Made by a program: the position numbers and the translations under genes
Shown here: positions 25,929 through 38,619 of the stretch, one piece after another
Layout: each line of letters opens with the position of its first letter
How positions within the stretch are numbered: the stretch's first letter is position 1
The notes under the pieces: model-generated
Database searches by the model: none
The model's input: the letters and a program-made list of their open reading frames with translations, nothing else
Told to the model about the DNA's origin: nothing
DNA from: Octopus vulgaris
Lineage: Eukaryota
NCBI GenBank assembly: GCA_951406725.2
Contig: OX597815.1
Coordinates: 209,436,001 to 209,500,000 of the forward strand
Direction: 5' to 3'
DNA: 64,000 bases

Positions 25929-26337
25929 GTACCAGGCACTGGCTCTCATGGCTTCTGATCTTAACTGATTGGAAATGTTATCCTGTACAGGTTTTGTGTT
26001 GGTATAAAAGATGGCCTACAGCAAATATTCTGCTCAATACCACAGATTTGCTTGTCAGTTGTTTGACCGTAACCAGCTGAGCATGTCCCTTGGTGGCTGA
26101 GGATAAGTGCATCTCTGTTCATGAGCAAAAATAGTGGGGGCGCATCATAGCATTGTGTTGAGAGGAATTCTTTGGGGTTTGACCTTTGGAAATACGGGTG
26201 TTTCATTCAACATCCTTAAATAACCCTTATTCAGGGTCCTTTTGAGCAGGTTGGGCTACCCGACCTGAAGAAAATTATAGTTGGGCCCCATCTGCAAGGT
26301 CATGTGCTGTTTATCTTGATATGAGATCACCATGTCA
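25929..26337 (-). mobile_element. dispersed repeat, probable LINE-related 3' end with (ATT)n tail; second copy at 32119-32492
   Basis: The two copies are homologous over ~370 bp and both abut (AAT)n at the same end. Confidence 0.6.
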
Positions 26338-26472
26338 TATTACTTAACATCTTCGTACCAAGTCTTATAATTTGCGGAAAGAGACCCTGTGAGACCTACG
26401 TCAACAGGTTGCTGTCTGCTCTCATAGAATTAACTGGTGCAAGTAAGATCGGCAGCTATGAGATGTGAAAAT

Positions 26473-26520
<48 letters not shown>

Positions 26521-26550
26521 GTAATAATAATAGTAATAATAGTAATAATA

Positions 26551-26599
<49 letters not shown>

Positions 26600-26601
<2 letters not shown>

Positions 26602-26720
26602 TGAACGAACTAGTGAGTTTAGTTTAAAGGCCTACCAATGTATACTATGAGTTTCTTTGCCCTAGGAGTCGGGAAGACACTCGGCAAGAAATGGAAGCAA
26701 AATTGAAAGAAGAAAAAAAG
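26600..26720 (+). mobile_element. isolated Dong/R4 3'UTR between (TAA)n tracts
   Basis: Near-identical to 45187-45307. Confidence 0.75.
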
Positions 26721-26779
<59 letters not shown>

Positions 26780-27528
26780 AACGATGATAATGATAATAAT
26801 AGTTACACGAACAAACAATAAACCATCTCCTGTACAGGGATGATTTAAAAATTTTCACTAAAAAGACCACGGAACAGAGAAACCTTCCAAATATTGTCCA
26901 TAGTTTCCGAAAGGACAACGGGATGAACATGGAGCTCGGAAAATGTGCCAAAATAACACTGAGAGGAGGCAAATTAATCAGCACTGAAAACGCTGCATTC
27001 GACATAGACTCAGAAATCAGAGAGTTAGACCACAATCGCACATAGTCAATCAGCTAAAATACAACACACAGAATTGAAGGATAAAATTAGGAGATAGTAT
27101 TACAGAAGAGTTAGACTAATATAAAACACTGAACTCAATGCTAAAAATAAGATGATAGGGATAAGCACGTTTGTCATACCAGTCATAAATTACAGCTCCG
27201 ACATATTAAACTGGAAGAACAGTGAATTGAGAAATTTAGATAGAAAAAACCAGAAAACTATCAATAGCGTACCGATGTGGCCACCTCAAAGCAGACGCAG
27301 ACAGAATATGTCTATCGCACTCAGAAGGCCTGACACAAATAGAGAACTGCTGTAAAATAACAACAGTTGGATTAGAAAAGTACTTAGAAACAAAATGTGG
27401 AAGACTACTACAGGTAATAAGGCAACACGGGAAAAAGAAAACCGTTTTCTCTATAGACAATAAGGCGACAAAATACAAAACAGAAACAAACTACACAGAT
27501 CTCAGATGATAAAATAGCAGAAATGGCA

Positions 27529-27561
<33 letters not shown>

Positions 27562-27833
27562 GAGAGAGAGAAGAGGGAAGAGAAAGCGAAAAAGAAAAAA
27601 TGAAACACAACAATATAAAAAACAGAACTACAAAACACACTAAGGAAGAAATGGAGAGAAGAATCCCCCCATGGCCAATACCCTGCATGGCTTCACAGAG
27701 AAGTGAGCCTAAGTAAAAGCCAACAACGGCTCCAAAAGCCCTGGACTAAAAACTGAAACGGAAGGACTGATTCTCGCTGCACCAGACCAGTGCCCAACTA
27801 GAAGCAGCTATATAAGCAAAATAATGAAAACAG

Positions 27834-28051
27834 CAAGGTGAAGCGGCTGACCTCCCCTGTTCGAAGGTTTGTAATGGACGCAGGTTCGTGTGTCAAATAG
27901 CTAGCTAGAGGCGATGGCCTCTTGGAGCTAATCAGCGACAGCTTTAGTCTTATATTTATAGACTACCATATTAGTATGGCGATAACTATTAATATCCAGT
28001 AACGCTGCCGTTATCTCCTTTAGAGAGACTTAGTAATTTTAATATTTCTAT
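27834..28051. mobile_element. 218-bp unclassified insertion with 12-bp TSD
   Basis: TAATGAAAACAG at 27822-27833 and 28052-28063. Removing the insert restores the Dong frame SKIMKTVANTKCRMC. Confidence 0.75.
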
Positions 28052-28334
28052 TAATGAAAACAGTCGCCAACACCAAATGCAGAATGTGCAACCAGTGCAA
28101 CGAGACAGATGACTCCATCATGACAGGTTGTCCAGTCTTTGCCGAATCCAAATATAGACATACTGACGACGTGATTGAGTAAATAGTTATATCCACTGGA
28201 CAATATGCCAACACTACAACATAAACACTAACAATAAATGGTATAAGCATATGCCAAAAAAAGGCACATAACAACGACTAAATCAGAACCATCAGGTTCA
28301 TGTCTCTCCAAACTGACAAAATAAATAAATAAAT

Positions 28335-28757
28335 AGGAGTGGCTGTGTGGTAAGTAGCTTGCTTACCAACCACATGGTTCCGGGTTCAGTCCCACTGCGT
28401 GGCATCTTGGGCAAGTGTCTTCTACTATAGCCCCGGGCCGACCAAAGCCTTGTGAGTGGATTTGGTAGACGGAAACTGAAAGAAGCCCGTCGTATATATG
28501 TATATATATATATATATATATATGTGTGCGTGTATGTTTGTGTGTCTGTGTTTGTCCCCCTAGCACTGCTTGACAACCGATGCTGGTGTGCATATGTTCC
28601 CGTCACTTAGCGGTTCGGCAAAAGAGACCGATAGAATAAGTACTGGGCTTACAAAGAATAAGTCCTGGGGTCGAGTTGCTCGATTAAAAGGCGGTGCTCC
28701 AGCATGGCCGCAGTCAAATGACTGAAACAAGTAAAAGAGTAAAAGAGTAAAGAGTAA
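28335..28757 (+). mobile_element. family A SINE
   Basis: Matches family A consensus. Confidence 0.85.
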
Positions 28758-29029
28758 ATAAATAAAAGCAAACTCCCAAATATAATAATCAAGGATTGGA
28801 TGGGGGGAAAAATACCTGCTTACTAAAAGACACTGCAGTTCCTTCTGACCAAAACATTGCCCAAAAGAGAAGTGGAGAAATTGCCAAAATACGAATCCCT
28901 CGAAATTGAAGTATTCAAGATGTGGGGCATGAAGATGAAAACAATACCAGTAATAATTGGAGCATGAAGCAAATGAAAAAAATTATATATGAATAAAAAC
29001 GTAGAAGCTATACCTGGATCCTCAACACT

Positions 29030-29418
29030 GGATGGAAGCACTCCGTCGGTTACGACGACGAGGGTTCCGGTTGATCCGAATCAACGGAACAGCCTGCTCG
29101 TGAAATTAACGTGTAAGTGGTTGAGCACTCCACAGACACGTGTACCCTTAACGTAGTTCTCGGGGATATTCAGCGTGACACAGAGAGTGACAAGGCCGGC
29201 CCCTTGAAATACAGGTACAACAGAATCAGGAAGTAAGAGTGAGAGAAAGTTGTGGTGAAAGAGTACAGCAGGGATCACCACCACCCCCTGCAGGAGCCTC
29301 CTGGAGATTTTTGGTGTTTTCGCTCAATAAACACTCACAACGCCCGGTCTGGGAATCGAAACCGTGATCCTATGACCGCGAGTCCGCTGCCCTAACCACT
29401 GGGCCATTGCGCCTCCAC
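29030..29418 (-). mobile_element. family B SINE
   Basis: 11-bp TSD TCCTCAACACT (29019-29029 / 29419-29429). tRNA-like head at ~29345-29418. Confidence 0.85.
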
Positions 29419-29901
29419 TCCTCAACACTACACACTAACCAAAAAGTAGGCCTGTTAGGAACAGCCCGCATCCTACGCAAGACGCTATCAATTCAATAAT
29501 ACAACCCAAATGACACAATCCGCAAACATATGACACTCTATATAGCAATATCCAATAAAATAAATAACCACCAGCAGACTGAGTACCTAACACATTACAC
29601 ACAAAATACATAATACAAATATTGATACAACAAAAGATTGCACCAAAGCCCATAACAAAAGAAACTGACGCAATACAATACAATGAAGAGTTTGCGCTCA
29701 CCCAAGAGCAAAAATGATCACAATGCTGCACACACCCCAGCAACAACACGGAGGTGTAGCAGGTGATGCAGTAGTAACTACTACTACTACTACTACTACT
29801 ACTGCTGCTGCTGTTGCTGTTGTTGTTGTTGTTGTTAAGCAAAAAGACGGATAAGGGTGATTAGGTGATGGTCTTGGGCTTAGGGGCGGGAAACCACAGA
29901 C

Positions 29902-30094
29902 CTTGGTTAAAAAAACAGAATTTGGCCGTCTTGTTGTAGTCGAGAGCTCTTCGTTGACGCCCGACACCACTGGGAGGTGGACCTCGAAGTCGCTGGAAAT
30001 GGAAATCTCCAGCTCCAAATTCTTGGACGGCTGCTGCTACTGCTGCTACTACTACTATGACGATGACGACGACGGCGACGAGAGGGACACTCAT
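29902..30094 (-). CDS. candidate first coding exon of a secreted or cell-surface proprotein
   Basis: MSVPLVAVVVIVIVVVAAVAAA-VQEFGAGDFHFQRLRGPPPSGVGRQRR-ALDYNKTAKFCFFNQ: signal peptide, RxRR furin site and NKT sequon, then phase-1 donor AAG|GTCTGT. A CAG acceptor lies at 30167-30165. GC-richer non-repeat island. Confidence 0.55.
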
Positions 30095-30167
30095 AATCGC
30101 TTTTGGTATTGCTTTTGTTACATGCAAAATAACATCGCCTCCGAAAAATGGCAAATACAGAAAGCTG

Positions 30168-30232
<65 letters not shown>

Positions 30233-30237
<5 letters not shown>

Positions 30238-30624
30238 GATATAGTGTATATTTAAACACATAAGGCATCCACTTATAGGGAATTCAACACGCTAGAAAGA
30301 ACAGCTAGGTTCTGTAAACCATAAAAATAACGGATAAAATTCGACAGGAATAAGTTTGGAAATGAAAAACATTTACCATTTCCATTTCCAAATTTATTCC
30401 TGTCGAATTTTATCCGTTATTTTTGTGGTTTACAGAACCTAGCTGTTCTTTCTAGCGCGTTGAATTCCCTTTAAGTGGATTCCTTATGTGTTTAAATATA
30501 CACTTTATCGTATGACTAATATATAGTCTTTTTGACTAATTTTTTTCTGCACGTTAGACCACTGGAAATGTAAATTTTGATTGAATGTTTTAATTTTAAT
30601 TAAATTCCATTTCCCTTTGACATG

Positions 30625-30669
<45 letters not shown>

Positions 30670-31440
30670 CAATAATATTAAGGAATGGCCTTAATAGGCC
30701 ATTCAACTCACTAAAACGAGCAGCTAATTTTCCTTATATTTCCTTTGATTTCTGAATTACTACTATTTAGCGGTTTGATTTTAGCTGCTCGTTCTAGTGA
30801 GTTGAATGGCCTATTAAGGCCATTCCTTAATATTATTGTTGAATGTATATTATATAGTCTTTTGACTATTTTTTCTTTCTCACTAGACCGCTGGTGGCGG
30901 AAAAAAATTTCTATTGAATTTTTTGCTACCCTTATATTGATTAATTAATGATTTTTTGGCTAATTCTGAAATTAAATCAGCAGTTTATATTTGCTGCTGA
31001 TAAGTTGGCGCGATGACAGTAGATTTTGAAAGTTTAGAGTATATATTCCCGAGGCACCGATGCTATTGCCTCGTGGAATATTTATTCCTCCTGGCTTCTT
31101 TGCCGATGAGACGGGCCAGTGGTAAATTGACTTGATTAAATTTAATTTAATTTGATTAGGCTGGTTTACCAAAAAGTACGTCGAAACAATGCATTGTCCA
31201 AAGATGATTAGGGTAAATGTTTTTAATTTTCCTATGATTTCTGAATTACTACTATTTAGCGGTTTGAGTTTAGCTGCTCGTTTTAGTGAGTTGAATGGCC
31301 TTAATAGGCCATTCCTTAATATTATTGTTGAATGTATATTATATAGTCTTTTGACTATTTTTTCTTTCTCACTAGACCGCTGGTAGCGGAAAAAAATTTC
31401 TATTGAAATTTTTTGCTACCCTTCTATTGATTAATACATA
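30233..31440 (+). mobile_element. Penelope-like pLTR cluster in (TA)n with inverted and direct partial duplications
   Basis: Palindrome 30233-30513; inverted pair 30660-30727 / 30781-30850; direct repeat 30744-30947 / 31233-31435; hammerhead fold between the direct copies; (TA)n at the borders. Confidence 0.65.
31097..31204 (+). ncRNA. type I hammerhead ribozyme fold, core variant CCGAUGA, long stem II
   Basis: Stem I UCUUUG/CAAAGA; core CCGAUGA; stem II GACG/CGUC extended by GGUAAA/UUUACC; GAAA; palindromic stem III CAAUGCAUUG; GUC cleavage triplet ending at 31198. Confidence 0.7.
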
Positions 31441-32051
31441 TATATATATATAAATATAGATATAGATTTAGCTATATACTTATAGTCTTTATCTATTCAT
31501 GCGTCCGAACCTACATATCTACATGATATTTCATAAACCCTTCTTTGGCTACGAAACAAAAAGCTGAGGCTTAAATTGATAGTTGTTAAAGGAGCCACGC
31601 ACTATTAAAGGACACGCGCGGCTCATCTACAGAAAGTATCAAGGCATACGACACATACTAGCAATTATTATTATACATGGATGGGATTATGCTGCTGGTA
31701 TTGACGTGTTGGATAATAGTAATAACGAAGACGATAAGATGTTGATGAGGTTGATGATGATGATGATGATGATGATGACAAGGAGATGATGACGACTACT
31801 GCTGCTCCTACGACGAAAGATGACAATATATGACAATTTCTGGATATAGAAATTCAAGATTGAATATTGATAATCACTGACTTCATTTCTCTACCACACC
31901 ATCACCTTACTTACTTACTTACTTACTTACTACTACTACTACTTCTACTACTACTACTACTACTACTTCTACTATTCTTGATGTTTATTATACAGTAATC
32001 CCTCGACTATCGCGAGTGTTACGTTCCAAAACCTCCCACAGAAATAATTAA

Positions 32052-32121
<70 letters not shown>

Positions 32122-32828
32122 GTCCTGATGCAGTACCAGGCAGTCGCTCTCATGGCTTCTGATCATAACTGATTAGCGGCGTTAACATGCTCATTGTCTT
32201 GGTATAAAAGATGGGCTACAGCAAATATTCTGCTCAATACCACAGATTTGCTTGTCAGTTGTTTGACCTCAACCAGTAGAGCATGTCCCTTAGTGGCTGA
32301 CGATATGTGCATCTCTGATCACGAGCATATGTAGTGGGGGAGCATCATAGCCATGTGTTGAGAGGAATTCTTTGGGGTTTAAATAATTCACCTCTGGAAA
32401 AACGGGTGTTTCTTTCATCATCCTTCAACAACCCTTATTCAGGGACCTTTTTGAGCGGGATGAGTTACTGGTCCTGAAGAAAATTCTAACTAAGGTAACG
32501 TGGATCTTGGCGGAATTCGAACTCAGAACGTAAAAATAGACGAAATACCACTAACCATTTTGCCCAGGGTGCTAACGATTCTGCGAGTTCGCCGCCTTAA
32601 TAATAACAATAATATTTTCTACTATAGGTCCAAGGCCTGAAATTTTGTGAGAAGAGACTAGTCGATTGCATAGACCTTCGATGTTTCACTGATACTTAAT
32701 TTATCGACCCCGAAAGAGTGAAAGGCAAAGTCGACCTCGGCAGAATTCGAACTCAAACATGAAGATAAACGAAATACCGTTAAATATTTCGTCGAGCGTG
32801 CTAACGATTCTGCCAGCTCACCACCTTA

Positions 32829-33058
32829 ATCTTTTACTCTTTTAGTCTTTTACTTGTTTCAGTCATTTGACTGTGGCCATGCTGGAGCACCGCCTTTTAG
32901 TCGAGCAAATCGACCCCAGGACTTATTCTTTGTAAGCCTAGTACTTATTCTATCGGTCTATTTTGCCGAACCGCTAAGTTACGGGGACGTAAACACACCG
33001 GCATCGGTTGTCAAGCGATGTTGGGTGGACAAACACAGACACACAAACATATACACAT

Positions 33059-33106
<48 letters not shown>

Positions 33107-33269
33107 GACAGGCTTCTTTCCATTTCCGTCTACCAGATCCTCTCACAAGGCTTTGGTCGGCCCGAGGCTATAAGTAGAAGACACTTGCCCAAGGTGCCAC
33201 GCAGTGGGACTGAACCCGGAATCATGTGGTTCGTAAGCAAGCTACTTACCACACAGCCACTCCTACGCC

Positions 33270-33270
<1 letters not shown>
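32829..33270 (-). mobile_element. family A SINE
   Basis: Reverse complement of family A consensus. Confidence 0.85.
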
Positions 33271-33300
<30 letters not shown>

Positions 33301-34599
33301 GACAACAACAACAACAACAACAACAACAACAGCAACAATAATAATAATAATAGTGTCTGTCATTGTAGAACAAAACCTAACATTCGTAGTGCAAGAGGCC
33401 TAATGGATTGAATCGATACCATTACATGACTGGTACTTATTTTATTGACTCTAATGGTATTATACGTAACGATGAAGTTAACAACACAGTTACCAAGTAT
33501 TTTCCTCATCTTGCTTCCTCCGTTTTTCTCAGCCTCCTCTCAGACATACAGCATCATTTTTTTAAACGTTTCTTTTTTTCTCTCTTTTAGCAGTCATCGA
33601 TTATTCGTTATAGATTGTTTCGCTGGAGTTGAACATTATTAAAAGTATGTCTTTCCTAGATGCATTTATTAACTTATTGCTTTCCATTCTGTACAGACCT
33701 TGCATTATTGAATAAAGCTTCTCTATATTTATATTACAGAGAAGTATTAATCTCAGAAACTGTACAATTTTTAAAAGCTATGTATAGCACGCAATAACTT
33801 GAGATTTTCCAAACACTTCAATTTCTGATTATTTATGAAATAGGTTTTTAAAGTTACCGATCTAATCAGGTTATTTCGAATAGTACATTTTTATATCATG
33901 TATCTGATACTTGTGGTCAGTTCAAGATAATGCTTCACCAAAATCAACTCCGTGTCTGGGCCCCCAGAGGGCATAATTTTCTCTATAAATATTCTCTATT
34001 TCAACACAAATTCTGTTCCACTATTTATATCGTTTGCCTGCTGCTATGCTCAAAGACTTTCTTTTTTTTATTTAAAAGCACATGAAAGAACAAGTCTCCA
34101 TTCATTCTAAATAAACATAAGCGTGCAGTTCATAACGTCCAACATTTGAAAAAGATAATTGCTTTCCTCTTTGATCACTCCAATCTAATAATATACAACA
34201 ATCGATAAAGAATTTCTATGACATAAACATTTCTCAGCCAATTGGAAATTTTGTCTGAGACAGAAGGAATAAAATCGTCCATAGTTGTCTTGAAATTCCT
34301 AGCATGATTAATAAGCATCATGTAGTAATACTGGCGAAAAACAGAACTTCCTGAATGAAATTCCAATAACTAAACGCTAATTTAATCAATGAGATTGTGG
34401 ATGGTTAATGGGTTGGACGGGTGCTAATGAAGGTGCAAAAATTCCTGAAATATGAAATGTACGCTCACTACCCAGTTTTCATTCTCGATCTCATTCTCAT
34501 CTCATTATTGTTTATATTACGGGTACTCGGATACGAAAGGTCGCAACAAATCAGTGCTGGCAATAATTTCTGTAGAAAATCTGTGGAGATAACCTTAAC

Positions 34600-34772
34600 A
34601 AGGCGTAGGAGTGGCTATGTGGTAAGTAGCTTGCTTACCAACCACATGGTTCCGGGTTCGGTCCCACTGCGTGGCACCTTGGGCAACTGTCTTCTACTAT
34701 AGCCCCGGACCGACCAAAGCCTTGTGAGTGGATTTGGTAGACGGAAACTGAAAGAAGCCAGTCGTATATATG

Positions 34773-34843
<71 letters not shown>

Positions 34844-35064
34844 GTATGTGTGTGTGTATATGCTTCTGTGTTTGTCCCCCCAACATCACTTGACAACCGA
34901 TGCTGGTGTGTTTACGTCCTCGTAACTTAGCGGTTCAGCAAAAGAGACCGATAGAATAAGTGCTAGGCTTACAAAGTATAAGTTCTGAGATCGATTTGCT
35001 CGACTAAAGAAAGGAGTTGCTCCAGCATGGCTACAGTCAAATAACTGAAACAAATAAAAGAGTA
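34600..35064 (+). mobile_element. family A SINE with internal (CA)n
   Basis: Matches family A consensus. Confidence 0.85.
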
Positions 35065-35219
35065 AGTGATATAATAGCACTGCTAACACGGTAGAACACA
35101 GTATTGACTTATAAAAGCGTTTAATATAATTTGTAGTATATTATAGTTGCATAACGAAATACCATGTCCCGACAGGTCATTAAACGCTAATATTTTAACT
35201 CTTCTATTCTCTGAAGGTA

Positions 35220-35515
35220 GCGGAGGCGCAATGGACCAGTGGTTAGGGTAGCGGACTCGCAGTCGGAGGATCGCAGTTTCGATTCCCAGACCGGGCGTTG
35301 TGTGTGTTTATATGAGCGAAAGCACCTAAAAGCTCCACGATGCTCCGGCAGGAGGTTGTGGTGACCCCTGTTGTACTCTTTCACCACAACTTTCTCTCAC
35401 TCTCTCTTCCTGTTTCTTGAGTAACTGGCGTCCCGACCAGCTGTGGGGAACATATACGCCACAGAAACCGGGAAACCGGGCCCATGAGCCTGGCTAGGCT
35501 TGAAAAGGGTGACGT
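35220..35515 (+). mobile_element. family B SINE with family C-type tail
   Basis: TSD TATTCTCTGAA(G/A)GTA at 35205-35219 and 35516-35530. Confidence 0.85.
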
Positions 35516-35712
35516 TATTCTCTGAAAGTACTGGCAAACTTTCACGATGATGTTGCCATATGCATCTCCGATTTTTTCAGTTGTAAATCTATTCAGAATG
35601 TTTTGCTTGACATATGATATTTCAACTTCGCTTTAAATTGTTGATTATGCTATTTCCTTTTCTTTTTTTTATCATTCTCAAGAGGGGTACGTTCAAAATT
35701 CCATACTGTTTC

Positions 35713-36124
35713 AGGCGCAGGAGTGGCTGTGTGGTAAGTAGCTTGCTAAACAACCACATGGTTCCGGGTTCAGTCCCACTGCGTGGCATCTTGGGCAAGT
35801 GTCTTCTGTTATAGCCCCGGGCCGACCAATGCCTTGTGAGTGGATTTGGTAGACGGAAACTGAAAGAAACCTGTCGTATATATGTATATATATATGTATG
35901 TGTGTGTGTTTGTGTGTCTGTGTTTGTCCCCCCAGCATTGCTTGACAACCGATGCTGGTGTGTTTACGTCCCCGTCACTTAGCAATTCGGCAAAAAAAAA
36001 CCGATAGAATAAGTACTGGGCTTACAAAGAATAAGTCCCGGGGTCGATTTGCTCGACTAAAGGCGGTGCTCCAGCATGGCCACAGTCAAATGACTGAAAC
36101 AAGTAAAAGAGTAAAAAGAGTAAA
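35713..36124 (+). mobile_element. family A SINE
   Basis: Matches family A consensus. Confidence 0.85.
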
Positions 36125-36337
36125 TACCTTGAAGTCACTGTGTTGTAAGTATTCGAACCTCACCGATTCTCCTTTCCGTCCAGGTCAGACCGAGCAGATT
36201 TATGGTCATAACTCAAATTGCTGGAGGGATCTCATAGATGCTTTCTCGCTGACTCGTCTCCGTCTGTGATATTTTCTGCAGGCATTAACTCAAAGTTGTT
36301 CAACCTCATTAAAATCAGAGAAAGAGAGGGATATATA

Positions 36338-36565
36338 GGGCGTCGAGCTGGCAGAACCGTTAACACGCCGGGCGAAATGCGTAGCAGTATTTCGTCTGCC
36401 ATTACGTTCTGAGTTCAAATTCCGCCGAGGTCGACTTTGCCTTTCATCCTTTCGGGGTCGATAAATAAAGTATCAGTTACGCACTGGGGTTGATGTAATC
36501 GACTTAATCCTTTGTCTGTCCTTGTTTGTCCCCTTTATGTTTAGCCCCTTGTGGGTAGTAAAGAA

Positions 36566-36570
<5 letters not shown>
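36338..36570 (+). mobile_element. family M SINE, monomer ending in (TA)n
   Basis: Head GGCGTCGAGCTGGCAGAA plus one unit ending GTAAAGAAATATATA. Confidence 0.85.
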
Positions 36571-36633
<63 letters not shown>

Positions 36634-37073
36634 CAAGTGATCTACGACAATTTTGGCTATGGTCCTACACAATAGCAAAATGGGTTACCAATATCAGTAT
36701 CAGCTATAATTCCATACAAGGCGGAAAAACTGCACTGAATTTTAGAGGGCAGCCTGTTGTATTTTGTAATGTTTATACAGAAAATGATTGTTAAACTGAA
36801 AACATATTCAAACTAGAACTAGAAACTAATTTTCCAACTAGAATTTCAGGACTCGAGGAATTTCAGGAATTTTATCAATCTCATCAACTTAAGAAATCCT
36901 GTAATGGAATTGTCTGGTGTCATATTCAGGTCTTCCGAGAGAAATTTGGTAATTCAGAATAAACTAAACTCTGAACAAAATCTAAATAACATGGTTTAAC
37001 AATTAGCGCTTATAAATGAGCTACTTTTTGTTATACATTATATTTTTCAAAAGTATTCTTGATGTTTATTATA

Positions 37074-37818
37074 CAGAAATCCCTCGAATATCGCGGGTGT
37101 TACGTTCGAAAACCTCCCACAGAAATAATTAAAATCTAAAAAATATAAATACCGTAAATCCTCGAGTATATTCCGCCCTTTTCCCCCAAAAATTTAAAGC
37201 TCAAAATCCCTAGTGCGTACTATATACGAGGTTAAAAGTAAAAAATAATTTCTAGGCAATGTCCGAGTCTCTATTTGCTATCCGGCAATGTTTATTCAGA
37301 CGCATTTTGTGATATCGGGCGCGAAAATACATTAAGCTAAGCCTGAAAGCAATGAAGCCATAAAAGAATCATCCATAACTTGCAATAAGCAACATTTATT
37401 AAAATAAAAGTATTCAGAACACAGAATAACATGTAACAAAAACCAATTTGCAAACATATTTACATTCCCATATAACAGTTAAGAACATCACCATTATTGA
37501 ATTACACATGCGCCGAAGTGTTTGTTCGACTAGGTGCTGCTGGCTTAATTACGCACGACTTGATTTAGAGAAGGGGTGGGTATCATACACAAGGTTTAGA
37601 TTTTTTAGAAGTACAGCCCCCTAAAAAATCCCCTGCGTATTTTACACAAGGGCGGACTATACTCGAGGATTTACGGTACCTATCGACCGCAGAAACCCGG
37701 ATATACTGAGGAGTCCGTGATATAAATTTACCTATATTAGCCAGAATAATTCGCGATGTACGAAGGGCATGATAGGTGAACTGCAATAGGTGAACCATGA
37801 TATGGTGAGTGTTTACTG
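37074..37818. mobile_element. Tigger-like MITE containing a nested Tc1/pogo MITE (37152-37676)
   Basis: Outer ends TA-CAGAAATCCCTCG / GAGTGTTTACTG-TA. Inner TIR CCGTAAATCCTCGAGTATA with TA flanks, same family as 3160-3680. Confidence 0.8.
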
Positions 37819-38619
37819 TAATTTCAAAATTTCATTTGGATCAGAATTTCTTTTGATATAATACGCCATTTTCTCTGTGTTTTGATTGCTTATTGAGAAA
37901 TTTTTCAGTAAGACGTTTATTTTCCACCTGTTACAGCTTTCGCAGTCAGCAATATATTTTCCTTTTATCTTTTGCAATTTTTGATTGTGATGCAATTACA
38001 GCATTCCTATTCACCTCTGGTTTTGGGTTTTAGCGCTTAAAAAGTTCAGACTTAAAGTAATTGGAAAATAGCTATATATTGCAACTGTGCACCAGAAAAG
38101 AAAAAGAAAATCTGTATGTGCATACTATTTTCTCGTGTATGGTTGTGTCTTTTTTGTCAGTGTGGAATAGCTATTTTCCAATTATTTAAAATCTGAACTT
38201 TCTGAAATGCAGCAACTGTTTTGCTGTTAGAATTTACAAAACGATCTGCTAGTTCTACTCATGTTAAATTATCTTATTTCATTCGGGCAATGGTTGCATC
38301 AAGTTTATAGTGTCATATAAATGAAATTTTAAAACTATAATAAACATCATCAAGAACACTTTTGAAAAATACAATGTGTTACAAGAAGTAGCTCATTTAC
38401 AATCGCTAATTGTTGTGTCATTTCGTTTTTGTTCAGGGTTTAGTTTAAGTTGGTCAATGGTGTATGTGGCCAGGGCCAATATGACAGTGGTTCCAGAGGA
38501 CCTAGTAGGGACCAGTGACTTTTCTGGGGCCCTTCAAAAACAGAAGCTCGGTATCCTTTAATTTTGAAAGGATCCCCTCCATCCTGTGTCACCGAAATAG
38601 TTTTGTTCTGAATTATCAA

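Larger units (their letters stand above)
26810..29520 (+). mobile_element. decayed Dong/R4 non-LTR element (RT to RLE), interrupted by three inserts
   Basis: INHLLYRDDLKIF (YxDD), GKCAK, ELNAKNK, ETEGLILAA.DQC, KCRMCNQC..TGCPV, AVPSDQNIAQKEVEKLPKY..LEIEV.KMW...IPVIIGA. Confidence 0.8.
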
